Below are positions 30,057 to 40,338 of a stretch of DNA of 64,000 nucleotides, piece after piece; the first letter of the stretch is position 1, and each line of letters begins with the position of its first letter. Source of the DNA: Candidatus Kapaibacterium sp. (GTDB taxonomy: Bacteria > Bacteroidota > Ignavibacteria > Kapaibacteriales > UBA2268). The DNA lies in contig OY761611.1 in assembly GCA_963664875.1 (NCBI GenBank), positions 1,856,001-1,920,000 on the forward strand, written 5' to 3'. The notes below the pieces were generated by a model that searched no databases, had not been told where the DNA came from, and was given only the letters and a program-made list of their open reading frames with translations. Made by a program: the position numbers and the translations under genes.

Positions 30057-30206
30057 CTCAAGTCAGACCCAATGATTCAGAAAAAAGTCAACTCACAAAC
30101 TTAGTAAAACTTTACTAAAAATTGGCCTCGAAATCAGTAAAACCGGTATTTAACGTTGTACGTAGGGCAATATCAGTTTTTTGGATATTCCCGGATTTGC
30201 TGCTTA

Positions 30207-30974
30207 TCAAAACGTACTTACATATTCAAATACTAAACTCCTTCTAAAACCTGCTGCATGTTGATAATGTTCCAAAACGTCTCTTGCCTGAAGCTCTACA
30301 GTAATGCCGTTATAGATTGACCAACGTAATGATAGATTGAGCATCCCTTTTTTATTCATTACTTCTGTATTATATTCATCCATTGTCGGATTGAACTCCA
30401 AATTAAGCGAACCTTTGCTACCGAGAGATTGCTCCATACCGACATAGAAGTTTGGTGAGCGATTGTCTGAGGGAGGATCAAAAGAATAGTTGATGCCACC
30501 GTGAAAAGCAATATTGCCAAGAGCCCAAATATAGTTTTTACTTAACGCAAGATAAATTCCTGCTGAGTTAGTCATAAATCTTTCCGAGCCCTTCAGATAT
30601 GATTCTCTGCCCTGAGTATTGACCCCAATTAATATAGCAGGTAAACTAACTCGTTCATCAAACAGGCGAAGTTTGAGCTGAATCCCGGGTATATTTTGCC
30701 ACTCGACACTTCCCATTCCGATAATGTTAGTACCGCTGTAGCTAAAGCCCATATTGAAATTTGTAAAAGGAGCAGCACTCAGAGCAACCATCACTCCACC
30801 TTGAGGATAGGTTTGAGTATAAATCGAAAAATCCCCTTTGCGAAGCACGCCGGCTGTTGCTTGATCAATTATGTATATGGACTCGTAGCTCGCACCGTCA
30901 CCTGCTGAACCTTGAGCAAAAGATATCGGCAGCGAAGTCAAAAAGATAAGAATACAAGTTAATATTAAACGCAT
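30207..30974 (-). CDS. Hypothetical outer-membrane protein (YjbH-like possible)
   Basis: Signal peptide, PTA-like ATAGVL, beta-rich sequence, terminal Phe. Confidence 0.6.
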   Translation of the reverse strand: MRLILTCILIFLTSLPISFAQGSAGDGASYESIYIIDQATAGVLRKGDFSIYTQTYPQGGVMVALSAAPFTNFNMGFSYSGTNIIGMGSVEWQNIPGIQLKLRLFDERVSLPAILIGVNTQGRESYLKGSERFMTNSAGIYLALSKNYIWALGNIAFHGGINYSFDPPSDNRSPNFYVGMEQSLGSKGSLNLEFNPTMDEYNTEVMNKKGMLNLSLRWSIYNGITVELQARDVLEHYQHAAGFRRSLVFEYVSTF

Positions 30975-31136
30975 TTTCCCCCCGTTGTAGCTTGTTTTAT
31001 TCTGAATTTTAAAAATATCAAAAAATATTGAAAATTTTATGCCAATTATCTTATTTTATTTCTTTGGTTTTTTTTATATTCTATAATATTATGATGCAAT
31101 ATCAGATGTCTTTTAGAAAGAGGGGGAAGAAAAGAG

Positions 31137-31952
31137 ATGAAACTTAGAAAAATAGCATTATTGTTTGTCCTATTTTCGTTTTTTGCAGGTTGTGGTGGAG
31201 TCAATTTCAATTCGATTGATAATATACCTTTGCCGCCGGATATAACTATTCATTCTGAAGGCAAATCTGCCAAAATCACTATATCATGGCTATTCGAAGG
31301 CAATAAAAATAACGAGCTATATAGAGCTGTTCGCTCATTTAATAAAGTTGAAGCTGCAATCGGCGAATGGACAGACGGCAATATAAAAGAAATCAAACCT
31401 GTAAAATCTTCTTTTGCTCCCGGCAAAGATGAAAAAGAACTTGTGTCATATTTTGCACAGGGTACTCTACCTAAGTCTGAAAATTTTTCTGCTGAAACAC
31501 CGATTTTTATAAAATTTACGGCGGGGGAAAAAGTCTATAAATTTATATCAACTGTAAAAGATGCAACTCCGGATAAAGAAAATAAGCCGACAGCTCTTAC
31601 TCTCATTCCATACTTTGAAAAGACGCTACGCGGTTTGAATATTTATACTTTAGTATTCCGCAAATTTACAGTTAAAGATGAGTACCACCCCGACGGTGAA
31701 AAATATAGAGTTCGCATTTACAATCAAAAAGGCAAAATGGTTTGGGCTTCTGATTACAATGCAGATTTTACTCAGGCATTAGAAAAAGTTAAACCTGAAG
31801 AGGAAGGTGCTAACTATTTGTACAACCAATATTGGGACGGTAAAGATATCAGTGGCGAAAAAGCTGAGCCGGGTCTGTATGAGTTTAGAATAACTATACC
31901 TGCTTTCCCTATTCCTTACCAGACATCAGTTTATTACCAATGGGGTAAATAA
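31137..31952 (+). CDS. Lipoprotein with C-terminal BsuPI/FlgD-like Ig domain
   Basis: Lipobox FAGC; FTQAL...WDGKD..G....PGLY motif; stop codon overlaps the ribD start. Confidence 0.65.
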   Translation: MKLRKIALLFVLFSFFAGCGGVNFNSIDNIPLPPDITIHSEGKSAKITISWLFEGNKNNELYRAVRSFNKVEAAIGEWTDGNIKEIKPVKSSFAPGKDEKELVSYFAQGTLPKSENFSAETPIFIKFTAGEKVYKFISTVKDATPDKENKPTALTLIPYFEKTLRGLNIYTLVFRKFTVKDEYHPDGEKYRVRIYNQKGKMVWASDYNADFTQALEKVKPEEEGANYLYNQYWDGKDISGEKAEPGLYEFRITIPAFPIPYQTSVYYQWGK

Positions 31953-33055
31953 TGTCCGAAATTGAAGCTATGCGTCGTGCGATTATGCTCGCTCTCAAGG
32001 GTAGTGGCTACGTAAGCCCTAATCCGAGGGTGGGAGCAGTGATATTAGACGAAAATAATGAAGTTATTGCCGAAGGTTGGCATCATGAATTTGGTGCTTT
32101 CCATGCAGAAATTGACGCTATAAATAATAGTAGCAGAGATACTTTCGAAGGTTGCACTATGGTAGTCAATCTCGAGCCATGCACCCATGAAGGCAAGACT
32201 CCCCCTTGTGCTCCTGAGCTTATCAATCGAAGATTTTCCAAAGTTGTAGTCGGCATGGAAGACCCCAACACTCTTGTAGCAGGTAGCGGCATCAGAATGA
32301 TGAAAGAAGCCGGAATTGAAGTCATAACAGGCGTACTCGAAGAGGAGGCAAAATGGGTCAATCGCTTTTTTGCTAAGCATATTACAACAGGAATGCCCTA
32401 TGTTATAGCCAAAATGGCTCAGACCATTGACGGATGCATCGCCACTAAACTTGGCAGCTCAAAATGGATTAGCTGTGAAGAAAGCAGAAAAAGAGGGCAT
32501 GCCCTGAGAGCTCAAACAGACGGAATTTTGATAGGAAGAAATACGGCACAAACCGACAATCCACAGCTTACTGTCAGAAATGTTGAAGGAAGAAATCCTA
32601 AAAGAATCGTATTCGATACCAAACTCAATCTACTGTTAGATTTAAATATCTTTAAAGGTGACCTTAGAGAAAACACTGTTGTATGTTGCTCCAAAGATGC
32701 CAATGCAAGAAAAATTGAAACACTTAAGATGGCTGGCCTGACTGTAGTAAAACTTGACACAGGTGCAGATGGTAAAATTGATTTAAAAAATGCGCTTAAA
32801 ACACTTTCAGAGCAATGCGGTCTAACTTCGATTTTGCTCGAAGGCGGCGCCTCAATGTACTCCTCCTTTTTCGATCAGGACTTAATAGACGAATACCACA
32901 TATTTATGGCACCCAAAGCATTCGGAACAGGCGTGCATACATTTAATGATTTGAAGGTAAACTATGTCAATCAGGCAAAAAACTTCAAAATCAAAGCAGT
33001 CTCTAAATGTGGCGAAGATATTCACATAATTGGTTTACGAGACGACAATAAATAG
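31952..33055 (+). CDS. ribD: Riboflavin biosynthesis deaminase/reductase RibD
   Basis: PNPRVGAV, HAE, LEPCTH..TPPC, DNPQLTVR, LEGG. Confidence 0.97.
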   Translation: MSEIEAMRRAIMLALKGSGYVSPNPRVGAVILDENNEVIAEGWHHEFGAFHAEIDAINNSSRDTFEGCTMVVNLEPCTHEGKTPPCAPELINRRFSKVVVGMEDPNTLVAGSGIRMMKEAGIEVITGVLEEEAKWVNRFFAKHITTGMPYVIAKMAQTIDGCIATKLGSSKWISCEESRKRGHALRAQTDGILIGRNTAQTDNPQLTVRNVEGRNPKRIVFDTKLNLLLDLNIFKGDLRENTVVCCSKDANARKIETLKMAGLTVVKLDTGADGKIDLKNALKTLSEQCGLTSILLEGGASMYSSFFDQDLIDEYHIFMAPKAFGTGVHTFNDLKVNYVNQAKNFKIKAVSKCGEDIHIIGLRDDNK

Positions 33056-33094
33056 AGAAATCAATTTCGACTACTCTTAAAAAAACTTTCGCAC

Positions 33095-33130
33095 AGAGCA
33101 GAGGAAATGAATAATTCCTTTGCTCTTTTT
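33095..33130 (+). terminator. Terminator after ribD
   Basis: AGAGCAGAGGAA...TTCCTTTGCTCT followed by a T-tract. Confidence 0.7.
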
Positions 33131-33532
33131 GTATTATATATGCTATTTTTGTAATATCATTTTGACATTATTTTTTGGTATTGCATTAGCATTGGTAATG
33201 ATGCCTGCAATTTTTTTATCTGTTGTTTCTTTAATGATTTGAATGCCTGCTCACCGGACAGCATCAGTAAGTCCACAGGAATTGCTCAAATCTTTAATAT
33301 TTCGCCTAAATTGACTTGTTTTTTCTGTTTTTTCGTTCTATCACTCCTTTATAATGTCAATAATTACCAATACCCATATATACGTAAGAATTGAAATAAA
33401 TCTTGATTTATTGCCTTTTTTTTTATATAATGTAGGTCTAATTAAGTAATTACGGACTGTTATGTCCTCCGAGGGCTAACTACTAAAGGGTAATTTATGG
33501 TAAGTTGAATCTTATAATCGGGAGAAAGGTAT

Positions 33533-35470
33533 ATGAGCTATTCTATAGCTATACCCGGACAGCAAAGCGTTCAGGAGCTGGGGAAAAACAATTTTATCCT
33601 GAATACGGAAGTATGCCAAAGGCTATTGGCTGATGAGATAGAAGCAATGGAGATTGATTTCAAAGGTACTATTCAAGATTTATTGCAGATTTTGTGGTTT
33701 GTAAACAAACCAATACACGACGTACTGATTTCAGATAAAAATTTGACAGACAAGAGAAATTATCTCTACTACTATCTAAGCAAGCGAGAAATGGATTTGC
33801 TATCTGCAGATAACCATTTGCACGCACTCGAAAATGCAACAATACAAAATGCAATCACCGCTTGTAAAAATATTTTTGGTCCTCTGTACGAAAAACAAAC
33901 CGGCGTTTCTGCTTTAGAAATATTGGTTAATCTGGCACAGAATAATTTTCAGCATCCCGAAAATGAGGTTTCCGCCGCATTTTTGATGGAATTTATTATG
34001 CTTTTTAAAGCTTTAGAGGGCAATTCTCACATTTACCGTCATTCTGTAGTTAGCGAAGAAATACCTGTATTTTTAGAGCTGCACGGCAGAGAAGCTGCTC
34101 TTAAAAGAATGGAACTTCTGGACGGTATCGGCGAAAAACAGTTGAGCTACATAAACAAATTCCCTTCAGGTCTGCAATTTGATGTGATCGAGAAAAGAGA
34201 AGAAAACAAGAAAAGGATTTTGGATTACTTCAATGCAGACGAAGAAAATTGGGACGATTATATATGGCAGACAACTCATGTAATAAAATCCGCCGAGCCC
34301 ATTTTAGATCTAATTGATTTGCCGGACGAATACAAAGAAGCTGTAAAAATAGCCGTTGATAATAAAATACCTTTTGGTATCACTCCGTACTATTTGTCGC
34401 TCATGGATAAAAATCCTGAGAGTGGTGATGACCATGCAGTTCGCTCCATGGTGTTACCTCCTTTGGACTTTGTCAATGCCATGGTAGAACACCGCTCTGA
34501 TAGAGATATGGCGTTTGACTTCATGGGTGAGCACGATACTTCGCCTGTGGATTTGGTTACTCGCCGCTATCCGAGGATTGCTATTGTCAAACCCTTCAAT
34601 ACTTGTGCACAAATATGTGTTTATTGCCAGAGGAATTGGGAGATAGACGAATGCCTTGACCCTCATGCTATGGCTCCCAAACAGACAATTGATAATGCTT
34701 TTGCATGGTTAGATGATCATCCTAGCGTAGGCGATGTGCTTATTACAGGCGGCGATCCTCTGGTAATGAAAGATAGCCAGATAGAAAGAATGCTCCAGAT
34801 TTGCTCTGAAAAAGAGCAGGTTTACCGTGTACGATTTGGTACTCGAACTCCTGTGGTAATGCCTCAGAGATGGACTGATAATCTTTTGGAAATTATCGAA
34901 AAATACCACAATCCACCAAAGTTAGAGATAGCAATAGTTACTCACTTCGAACATTCCTATGAAATAACTCCGGAAGCTCTAAAAGCTATTCGAAAGATTA
35001 GAAAAGCCGGCGTTTCTGTTTATAATCAGGAAGTGTTCACCATCGAAAATTCACGTCGCTTCGAATCAGTAAAACTTAGACGCGATTTGAAGTCAATAGG
35101 CATCGATCCCTACTATACTTTCAATATGAAAGGTAAAGGCGAGACCAAAAGATATATGGTACCTATCGCAAGATTATTACAGGAAAGGAAAGAGGAAGCC
35201 CGCTTACTTCCGGGACTTGACAGAACAGACGAGCCTGTATTTAATGTACCTCGTCTGGGGAAAAATCACCTCAGGGCAGGTCAAGACCATAAATTGATAA
35301 TGATTAAACCAAACGGTTCACGTGTTTATGAATTTCATCCGTGGGAAAAAAATATCTCTGCTGTGCCGTCTTACAATTACACAGATGTCCCAATCTACAA
35401 CTATCTTGTAGAGCTTCATAACAGAGGCGAAGATGTTATAGACTATCACACCATCTGGTACTACTACTAA
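33533..35470 (+). CDS. KamA-family radical SAM protein, long form
   Basis: CAQICVYC (CxxxCxxC), RRYP, ITGGDPL, RFGTRTP, PFGITPYY; N-terminal extension of about 200 aa. Confidence 0.88.
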   Translation: MSYSIAIPGQQSVQELGKNNFILNTEVCQRLLADEIEAMEIDFKGTIQDLLQILWFVNKPIHDVLISDKNLTDKRNYLYYYLSKREMDLLSADNHLHALENATIQNAITACKNIFGPLYEKQTGVSALEILVNLAQNNFQHPENEVSAAFLMEFIMLFKALEGNSHIYRHSVVSEEIPVFLELHGREAALKRMELLDGIGEKQLSYINKFPSGLQFDVIEKREENKKRILDYFNADEENWDDYIWQTTHVIKSAEPILDLIDLPDEYKEAVKIAVDNKIPFGITPYYLSLMDKNPESGDDHAVRSMVLPPLDFVNAMVEHRSDRDMAFDFMGEHDTSPVDLVTRRYPRIAIVKPFNTCAQICVYCQRNWEIDECLDPHAMAPKQTIDNAFAWLDDHPSVGDVLITGGDPLVMKDSQIERMLQICSEKEQVYRVRFGTRTPVVMPQRWTDNLLEIIEKYHNPPKLEIAIVTHFEHSYEITPEALKAIRKIRKAGVSVYNQEVFTIENSRRFESVKLRRDLKSIGIDPYYTFNMKGKGETKRYMVPIARLLQERKEEARLLPGLDRTDEPVFNVPRLGKNHLRAGQDHKLIMIKPNGSRVYEFHPWEKNISAVPSYNYTDVPIYNYLVELHNRGEDVIDYHTIWYYY

Positions 35471-35530
35471 ACTTACTAAAATAAAGTAGAATAAGACATC
35501 GCAATAATATAAACAGATTCCCAATACACC

Positions 35531-35576
35531 TACCCTCAAAAGTTAGTCAATACAACTTTTGAGGGTATTCTTTTTT
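35531..35576 (+). terminator. 14-bp perfect inverted repeat with T-tract
   Basis: TACCCTCAAAAGTT-N9-AACTTTTGAGGGTA followed by TTCTTTTTT. Confidence 0.65.
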
Positions 35577-35772
35577 AAAGTGATACAGTTCAATAATAGA
35601 AACCAACAAATAACTATCTTCATCTGTTGTCGCATCATAAGAAAACCTACGAAATTACTGCTGCAAGCATGGAATTATCATCAGAACCATAAAGAATAAA
35701 GAACCTGTTAAAATTGAATAAATAATCATAAGAGCTTTTCGTGTTAAATATATATATAAAAAGGAGCTTGTT

Positions 35773-36588
35773 ATGATTGATAAGTCAGACCCTAAAAAGT
35801 ATGATGAAAATGGTAGAATCAAATCGAAATTCTACCATCAGGAACTTCAAAATTTGCAAATGGAACTTGTAAAACTTCAGCATTGGGTTCATCATCAAAA
35901 GTTAAAAGTAGTTATCATTTTTGAGGGCAGAGATGCCGCCGGAAAAGGTGGAATCATCAAAAGGATACTCGAGCCTCTCAATCCCAGAATAGCAAGAGTT
36001 GTGGCTCTGACTAAGCCATCTGACAAAGAGCAGACACAATGGTATTTCCAGAGGTATGTTTCTCATCTTCCGGCTGGTGGTGAAATTGTAGTGTTCGACA
36101 GAAGCTGGTACAACAGAGCCGGTGTCGAACGCGTTATGGGATTTTGCTCAGATGCTGAGTATGAAGAGTTTTTGCGCTCCTGCCCCGAATTTGAAAGAAT
36201 GCTTATCCGTTCCGGCGTAATACTTCTGAAATATTGGATTTCAGTCAGCGAAGACGAACAGGAAAGAAGATTCAGAGACAGAGCAATAGACCCTAAAAAG
36301 CGTTGGAAACTATCTCCAATAGATCTGGCTTCATTTGATAAATGGGTAGAATACAGCAGGGCTAAAGACGAAATGTTTAAATATACTGACACAAAAAAAT
36401 CCCCTTGGTACGATGTGATAGCTGATGATAAAAAAAGAGCAAGGCTTAACGTCATCGCTCACATTCTTTCCAAAATTCAATATGAAAATGTTATTCCTGA
36501 GCCGTTCGAGTTCCCTGAAAGGACTCTGCGCTCAGCTACAGTGCGTATTCCAATAGAAGATATTAATTTTGTACCTGAAGTGTACTAA
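35773..36588 (+). CDS. ppk2: Polyphosphate kinase 2
   Basis: EGRDAAGKGG, QWYFQRY, FDRSWYNRAGVERVMGFC, WKLSP. Confidence 0.96.
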   Translation: MIDKSDPKKYDENGRIKSKFYHQELQNLQMELVKLQHWVHHQKLKVVIIFEGRDAAGKGGIIKRILEPLNPRIARVVALTKPSDKEQTQWYFQRYVSHLPAGGEIVVFDRSWYNRAGVERVMGFCSDAEYEEFLRSCPEFERMLIRSGVILLKYWISVSEDEQERRFRDRAIDPKKRWKLSPIDLASFDKWVEYSRAKDEMFKYTDTKKSPWYDVIADDKKRARLNVIAHILSKIQYENVIPEPFEFPERTLRSATVRIPIEDINFVPEVY

Positions 36589-36630
36589 TATACAAGTACA
36601 AAGAGAATCTAAATATATACTTTAAAGAAA

Positions 36631-36675
36631 TGGCAGCAATATGCAAGGAAGTTTGTATTAGCGTGCCATTTTTTT
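36631..36675 (+). terminator. Terminator after ppk2
   Basis: TGGCA-GC-AATATGCAA...TTGTATT-AGCG-TGCCA followed by T7. Confidence 0.5.
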
Positions 36676-36796
36676 ATTGAAAAATAAAACAAATCAAAGT
36701 TATTATATGGTTATTAATTCTTGCATATAGTAAACATATTTATTATCTTGTTTTTACGCTTTTACAATTTTCATTTATCAATTCAGGTTATTAAAT

Positions 36797-37411
36797 ATGC
36801 TTCGAATCCTGACCTTATTATTTATTTGTTTTTTAACTTCATCTCAAGTGATGGCTCAAAAGCAAGAAAATAATAGTGCCAAACATTGGGCTATTGTTCT
36901 ATCTGCCGGATATCAATCACACAATGTCCCCGATTTCGCTTTAATCAAGAGTAGTAGAGGGCTTAATTTGCAATTAGAAAATTTCAGATATGATAACTTT
37001 GGATTCTACGCAGGCTATTCTTTCTTCTTTTCAGAAGAAACTCCTTATACTGCATCAGATGAATTTGGTCATATTTTGGGAAACCGAGAATTTCATATTG
37101 AGTTGCATTCTCTCTACTTTGGTTCTAACTGGTTTTTCCTTTCCGGAAATAAAACAAAAGACTTTTCACCTTTCATTGGGGCTGAGCTATCTCTCAATGC
37201 TGTAAATGACATTAGCTCTGTTGATCAAGTGAATAAGCTAAATATTGCATTCGCGCCGGTTTTGGGGCTAAACGTGCCCATTTATGGCTCTTTTGGATTA
37301 AAATTGGATGCAAAATACAAAATCCCGTTTTTGCATATAGAAGTTGATGGTAATTATCGTGCTGAATTTGAATATTTTCAGTTCGACCTTGGTGTAATGT
37401 TTGCCTTTTAA
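36797..37411 (+). CDS. Outer-membrane beta-barrel protein (OmpW/OmpA-TM-like)
   Basis: Signal peptide, SPFIGA strand, terminal GVMFAF. Confidence 0.7.
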   Translation: MLRILTLLFICFLTSSQVMAQKQENNSAKHWAIVLSAGYQSHNVPDFALIKSSRGLNLQLENFRYDNFGFYAGYSFFFSEETPYTASDEFGHILGNREFHIELHSLYFGSNWFFLSGNKTKDFSPFIGAELSLNAVNDISSVDQVNKLNIAFAPVLGLNVPIYGSFGLKLDAKYKIPFLHIEVDGNYRAEFEYFQFDLGVMFAF

Positions 37412-37465
37412 TGTAAGTGATTCAAAACATATTGAAATATACTTGTTGTTTTGATTTTATCACCT

Positions 37466-39022
37466 TCACACTAAAGTTTCTATCAAAAAATTTCTGTTTG
37501 TGGCATTTGAGAAAATATCTTTAAAAGAAGTAAAATCGGTAGCGAGATGATAATCAAGTCCAAACATCTCAGCTGCACCTTTGAAATTGAAGCTGTGTGG
37601 TGTTTGCCAGTAGCCGAATTCTTCTTTGTATTTGCTTACCGGTAGTTTTGAGAATATGCTACCACCGTGGTTATTAATAACTACAATAGTTACTGGCATA
37701 CCTGCATATTGGATTGTAGATAGTGAGTTCAGGTCGTGTATTGCTGTTAGATCACCAACTACGCAGATTAGTCTCTTGGCTTTAGTTCCTAAGCCTGTTG
37801 CCATACCTATTGCTGAGGAGATATTCCCGTCTATTCCGCTTACTCCGCGGTTTGCTGCTAAGAATATAGACTCACCTTGATTTTCCGAATAAGTATCAAA
37901 ATTTCTGATACTCATACTGTTACCTGAAAAGATGCAGCTTTGTTCCTCGGCATTTTCAAAAACATACTTGCATATATTATAGTCTGTATAGGTGCTATCT
38001 ATCTCTGTAGTGTTATCTTCATTAGAAGCAATATCTATATTAGAGCTATTATTTATTTTAACATTATCATGTATAGAAATATGAGAAATTGATTCTGCTT
38101 TTGCGAATATTTCAGATTTCTGTTCACGGAAAGTAAAGACCGATAGAGATATGTTTTCAAGTGATGAAATCGTATCTGTAAGCTTCTGATTAACAAGCTT
38201 GCCACCGATGAATGCAAGGTTTAGCTGCTGCTTCTCGGACTGTTGTCTGAGCAATTTTTCTAATGCAACTACAATGTTTTTTCTGCCAAAATTCCTTAAT
38301 CCGGAGCGAATATCGGCATAAACCGGAATTTCTGATTTAGATAATACATCTTTGATAAATTGAGACTCAACGTAGTTAAGCTCGCCTATAATGAGTACGT
38401 CTGCGTCTATATTTATTGCTTTAGAGGGAATTTCATTGACCGAAACATTTGGCTCGAACTCTTTGTAGAAATTATAATCTTCACTCGGCTCCAAAGGTTT
38501 TTTATACATGAGATTGATTTGAACCGGCTTGCTGCTCTGAAAAGCATAATTTACAGCAGCTTTCGCCTTATCCAAACCTCCCTTATCTGCAGAGTTGTAA
38601 GTCTCAATATTTGCAAATTTGCCGGCATGAGAGCCATATAAATTTTGCTGATTAACAGTTTGGTTTGCACCTGTCTCATAAAGCTCGAACGGTCTGTCTG
38701 CACTAAGAATTATCATTGGCAGGCAGTCATTATTAGCTTCCATCACTGCAGGAAAGTAATTGGCAGGTGCAGTGCCCGAAGTACACACCAATACCGCAGG
38801 TTTGCCTGTAGCTCTGGCATAACCGACAGCATGATAGCCCGCAGCCCTTTCGTCATAGAATATAGCTTTTTTAGCTCTTGTCTCTTTAGCCAATGAAAGG
38901 GTAATCGGTGTCGAGCGCGATCCGGGAGAGATACAGAAATAATCAATACCCAATGCAACAAGATACTGAATTAATTCACGGGAAACATCATACTGCCTAT
39001 CTCTGTACATAGCCCATCGCAT
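37466..39022 (-). CDS. menD: SEPHCHC synthase MenD
   Basis: SPGSRSTP, DERAAG, CTSGTA, SADRP, NRGVSGIDG, GDL...NN.GG. Confidence 0.93.
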   Translation of the reverse strand: MRWAMYRDRQYDVSRELIQYLVALGIDYFCISPGSRSTPITLSLAKETRAKKAIFYDERAAGYHAVGYARATGKPAVLVCTSGTAPANYFPAVMEANNDCLPMIILSADRPFELYETGANQTVNQQNLYGSHAGKFANIETYNSADKGGLDKAKAAVNYAFQSSKPVQINLMYKKPLEPSEDYNFYKEFEPNVSVNEIPSKAINIDADVLIIGELNYVESQFIKDVLSKSEIPVYADIRSGLRNFGRKNIVVALEKLLRQQSEKQQLNLAFIGGKLVNQKLTDTISSLENISLSVFTFREQKSEIFAKAESISHISIHDNVKINNSSNIDIASNEDNTTEIDSTYTDYNICKYVFENAEEQSCIFSGNSMSIRNFDTYSENQGESIFLAANRGVSGIDGNISSAIGMATGLGTKAKRLICVVGDLTAIHDLNSLSTIQYAGMPVTIVVINNHGGSIFSKLPVSKYKEEFGYWQTPHSFNFKGAAEMFGLDYHLATDFTSFKDIFSNATNRNFLIETLV

Positions 39023-40256
39023 TTATAAAGTTGTCTAATTTGTTATTGGTTTCTAGCCATTCGTTCACTGCCTTCGAACCGGGAACTATGCCTGCTCCGG
39101 CGAATATATATGCTTTATCATCTCTTATAAGAGCTGAGCGAATAGCCACCGCAAATTCGGAATAATCCTTACTAACGATGCCAAATGGAGCAGCGTAAAG
39201 ACCACGATGATAGTCTTCGTACTCTCTGATAAAAGCCATTGCTTGATCAGTTGGCATCCCTCCTACTGCCGGAGTCGGATGAAGTACTTTCAAAAGCTTA
39301 TGATCATTAATATCTCTAAGCTCAGCTTTGATAGGAGTATGTAAATGTTGCAATGTTGCATATCGTCTGATAGATGGCTGAGTATCAGATTTGACTGATA
39401 CTGATAAGTTCTTTATATTATCTATAATATATTCTTTTACTATCTTGTGTTCGTTTAGCTCTTTCTCGTCTGAGAGCAACTCATCTTCCATTTTCTTATC
39501 CAATTCTTCCTCACCATATACGGGACGAGTCCCTGCCAGAGCGTCAATATACAATTTATTATTTTCTCTTCTGAAAAGAGTCTCAGGGCTTGCTGTAATG
39601 AAATAATCACCATTTGGCAACTCAGCAAAAGCCAAATAAGAATTTTCCGAATTAGAGCGAAGTAGCTCCATTACATCAAAAATGCAAACTTTAGCCTCAA
39701 AATCAGCGATAGACATACGAGAAAGAACTATTTTGGAAGTGCTGCCATTTTGGAACTCTTCCAATGCGGCTGCGATCATCTCCGCCCAATGCATTTCCCC
39801 TGTAAAATCAGATATATCCATTACTCTCACTGCCGGCACATATTTCCTTGGCTCTGAAAGATGCAACAAACCGTCAACGTTATCAATACTCTTAGATTTA
39901 TAAAAATATACAGAGTTATTGACTTTACAATATGCAATAATAGGCATATAGAAGAGCTCTTGTGCCATTTGTTCCCATGGGAATTTAAACTCAGCACCAA
40001 AAAAATTTGCTGTATAAAAGTAAAAATCTGCATTTGGCGAGATTTTTTCTTGTATATTAAAGAACCCAAAAAGTTCAAAGTCTCCATCTTTGGATTTCCA
40101 GTATATCTTTTTACCGGATTTCACTTTATCGGGAAACATGTCAAAATCAGGCAACAGCCTGATTAAATCAGTGTTGGCATTGTCTGTGATTAGATTTGCA
40201 TTAATACTATTTAGAAATTTTGTATTCATAGTCAATTTCAGCAATAAAATCCGCAC
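38997..40256 (-). CDS. menF: Isochorismate synthase MenF
   Basis: KIVLSR, ASPETL, ALAGT, KELNEH, LHPTPAVGG, FAGAGIV; overlaps menD. Confidence 0.9.
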   Translation of the reverse strand: MRILLLKLTMNTKFLNSINANLITDNANTDLIRLLPDFDMFPDKVKSGKKIYWKSKDGDFELFGFFNIQEKISPNADFYFYTANFFGAEFKFPWEQMAQELFYMPIIAYCKVNNSVYFYKSKSIDNVDGLLHLSEPRKYVPAVRVMDISDFTGEMHWAEMIAAALEEFQNGSTSKIVLSRMSIADFEAKVCIFDVMELLRSNSENSYLAFAELPNGDYFITASPETLFRRENNKLYIDALAGTRPVYGEEELDKKMEDELLSDEKELNEHKIVKEYIIDNIKNLSVSVKSDTQPSIRRYATLQHLHTPIKAELRDINDHKLLKVLHPTPAVGGMPTDQAMAFIREYEDYHRGLYAAPFGIVSKDYSEFAVAIRSALIRDDKAYIFAGAGIVPGSKAVNEWLETNNKLDNFINAMGYVQR

Positions 40257-40338
40257 TAAGTCAGTCTTTAAGACACTAAAGTAAGGATTTTAATTTAATT
40301 TAAAAAAGTCTTAGTTTTGTACTATTGTTCTGTATCCC

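Noticed and set aside
30975-31136. FMN riboswitch for ribD
   Set aside because: No RFN consensus in the AT-rich region upstream of the lipoprotein-ribD operon
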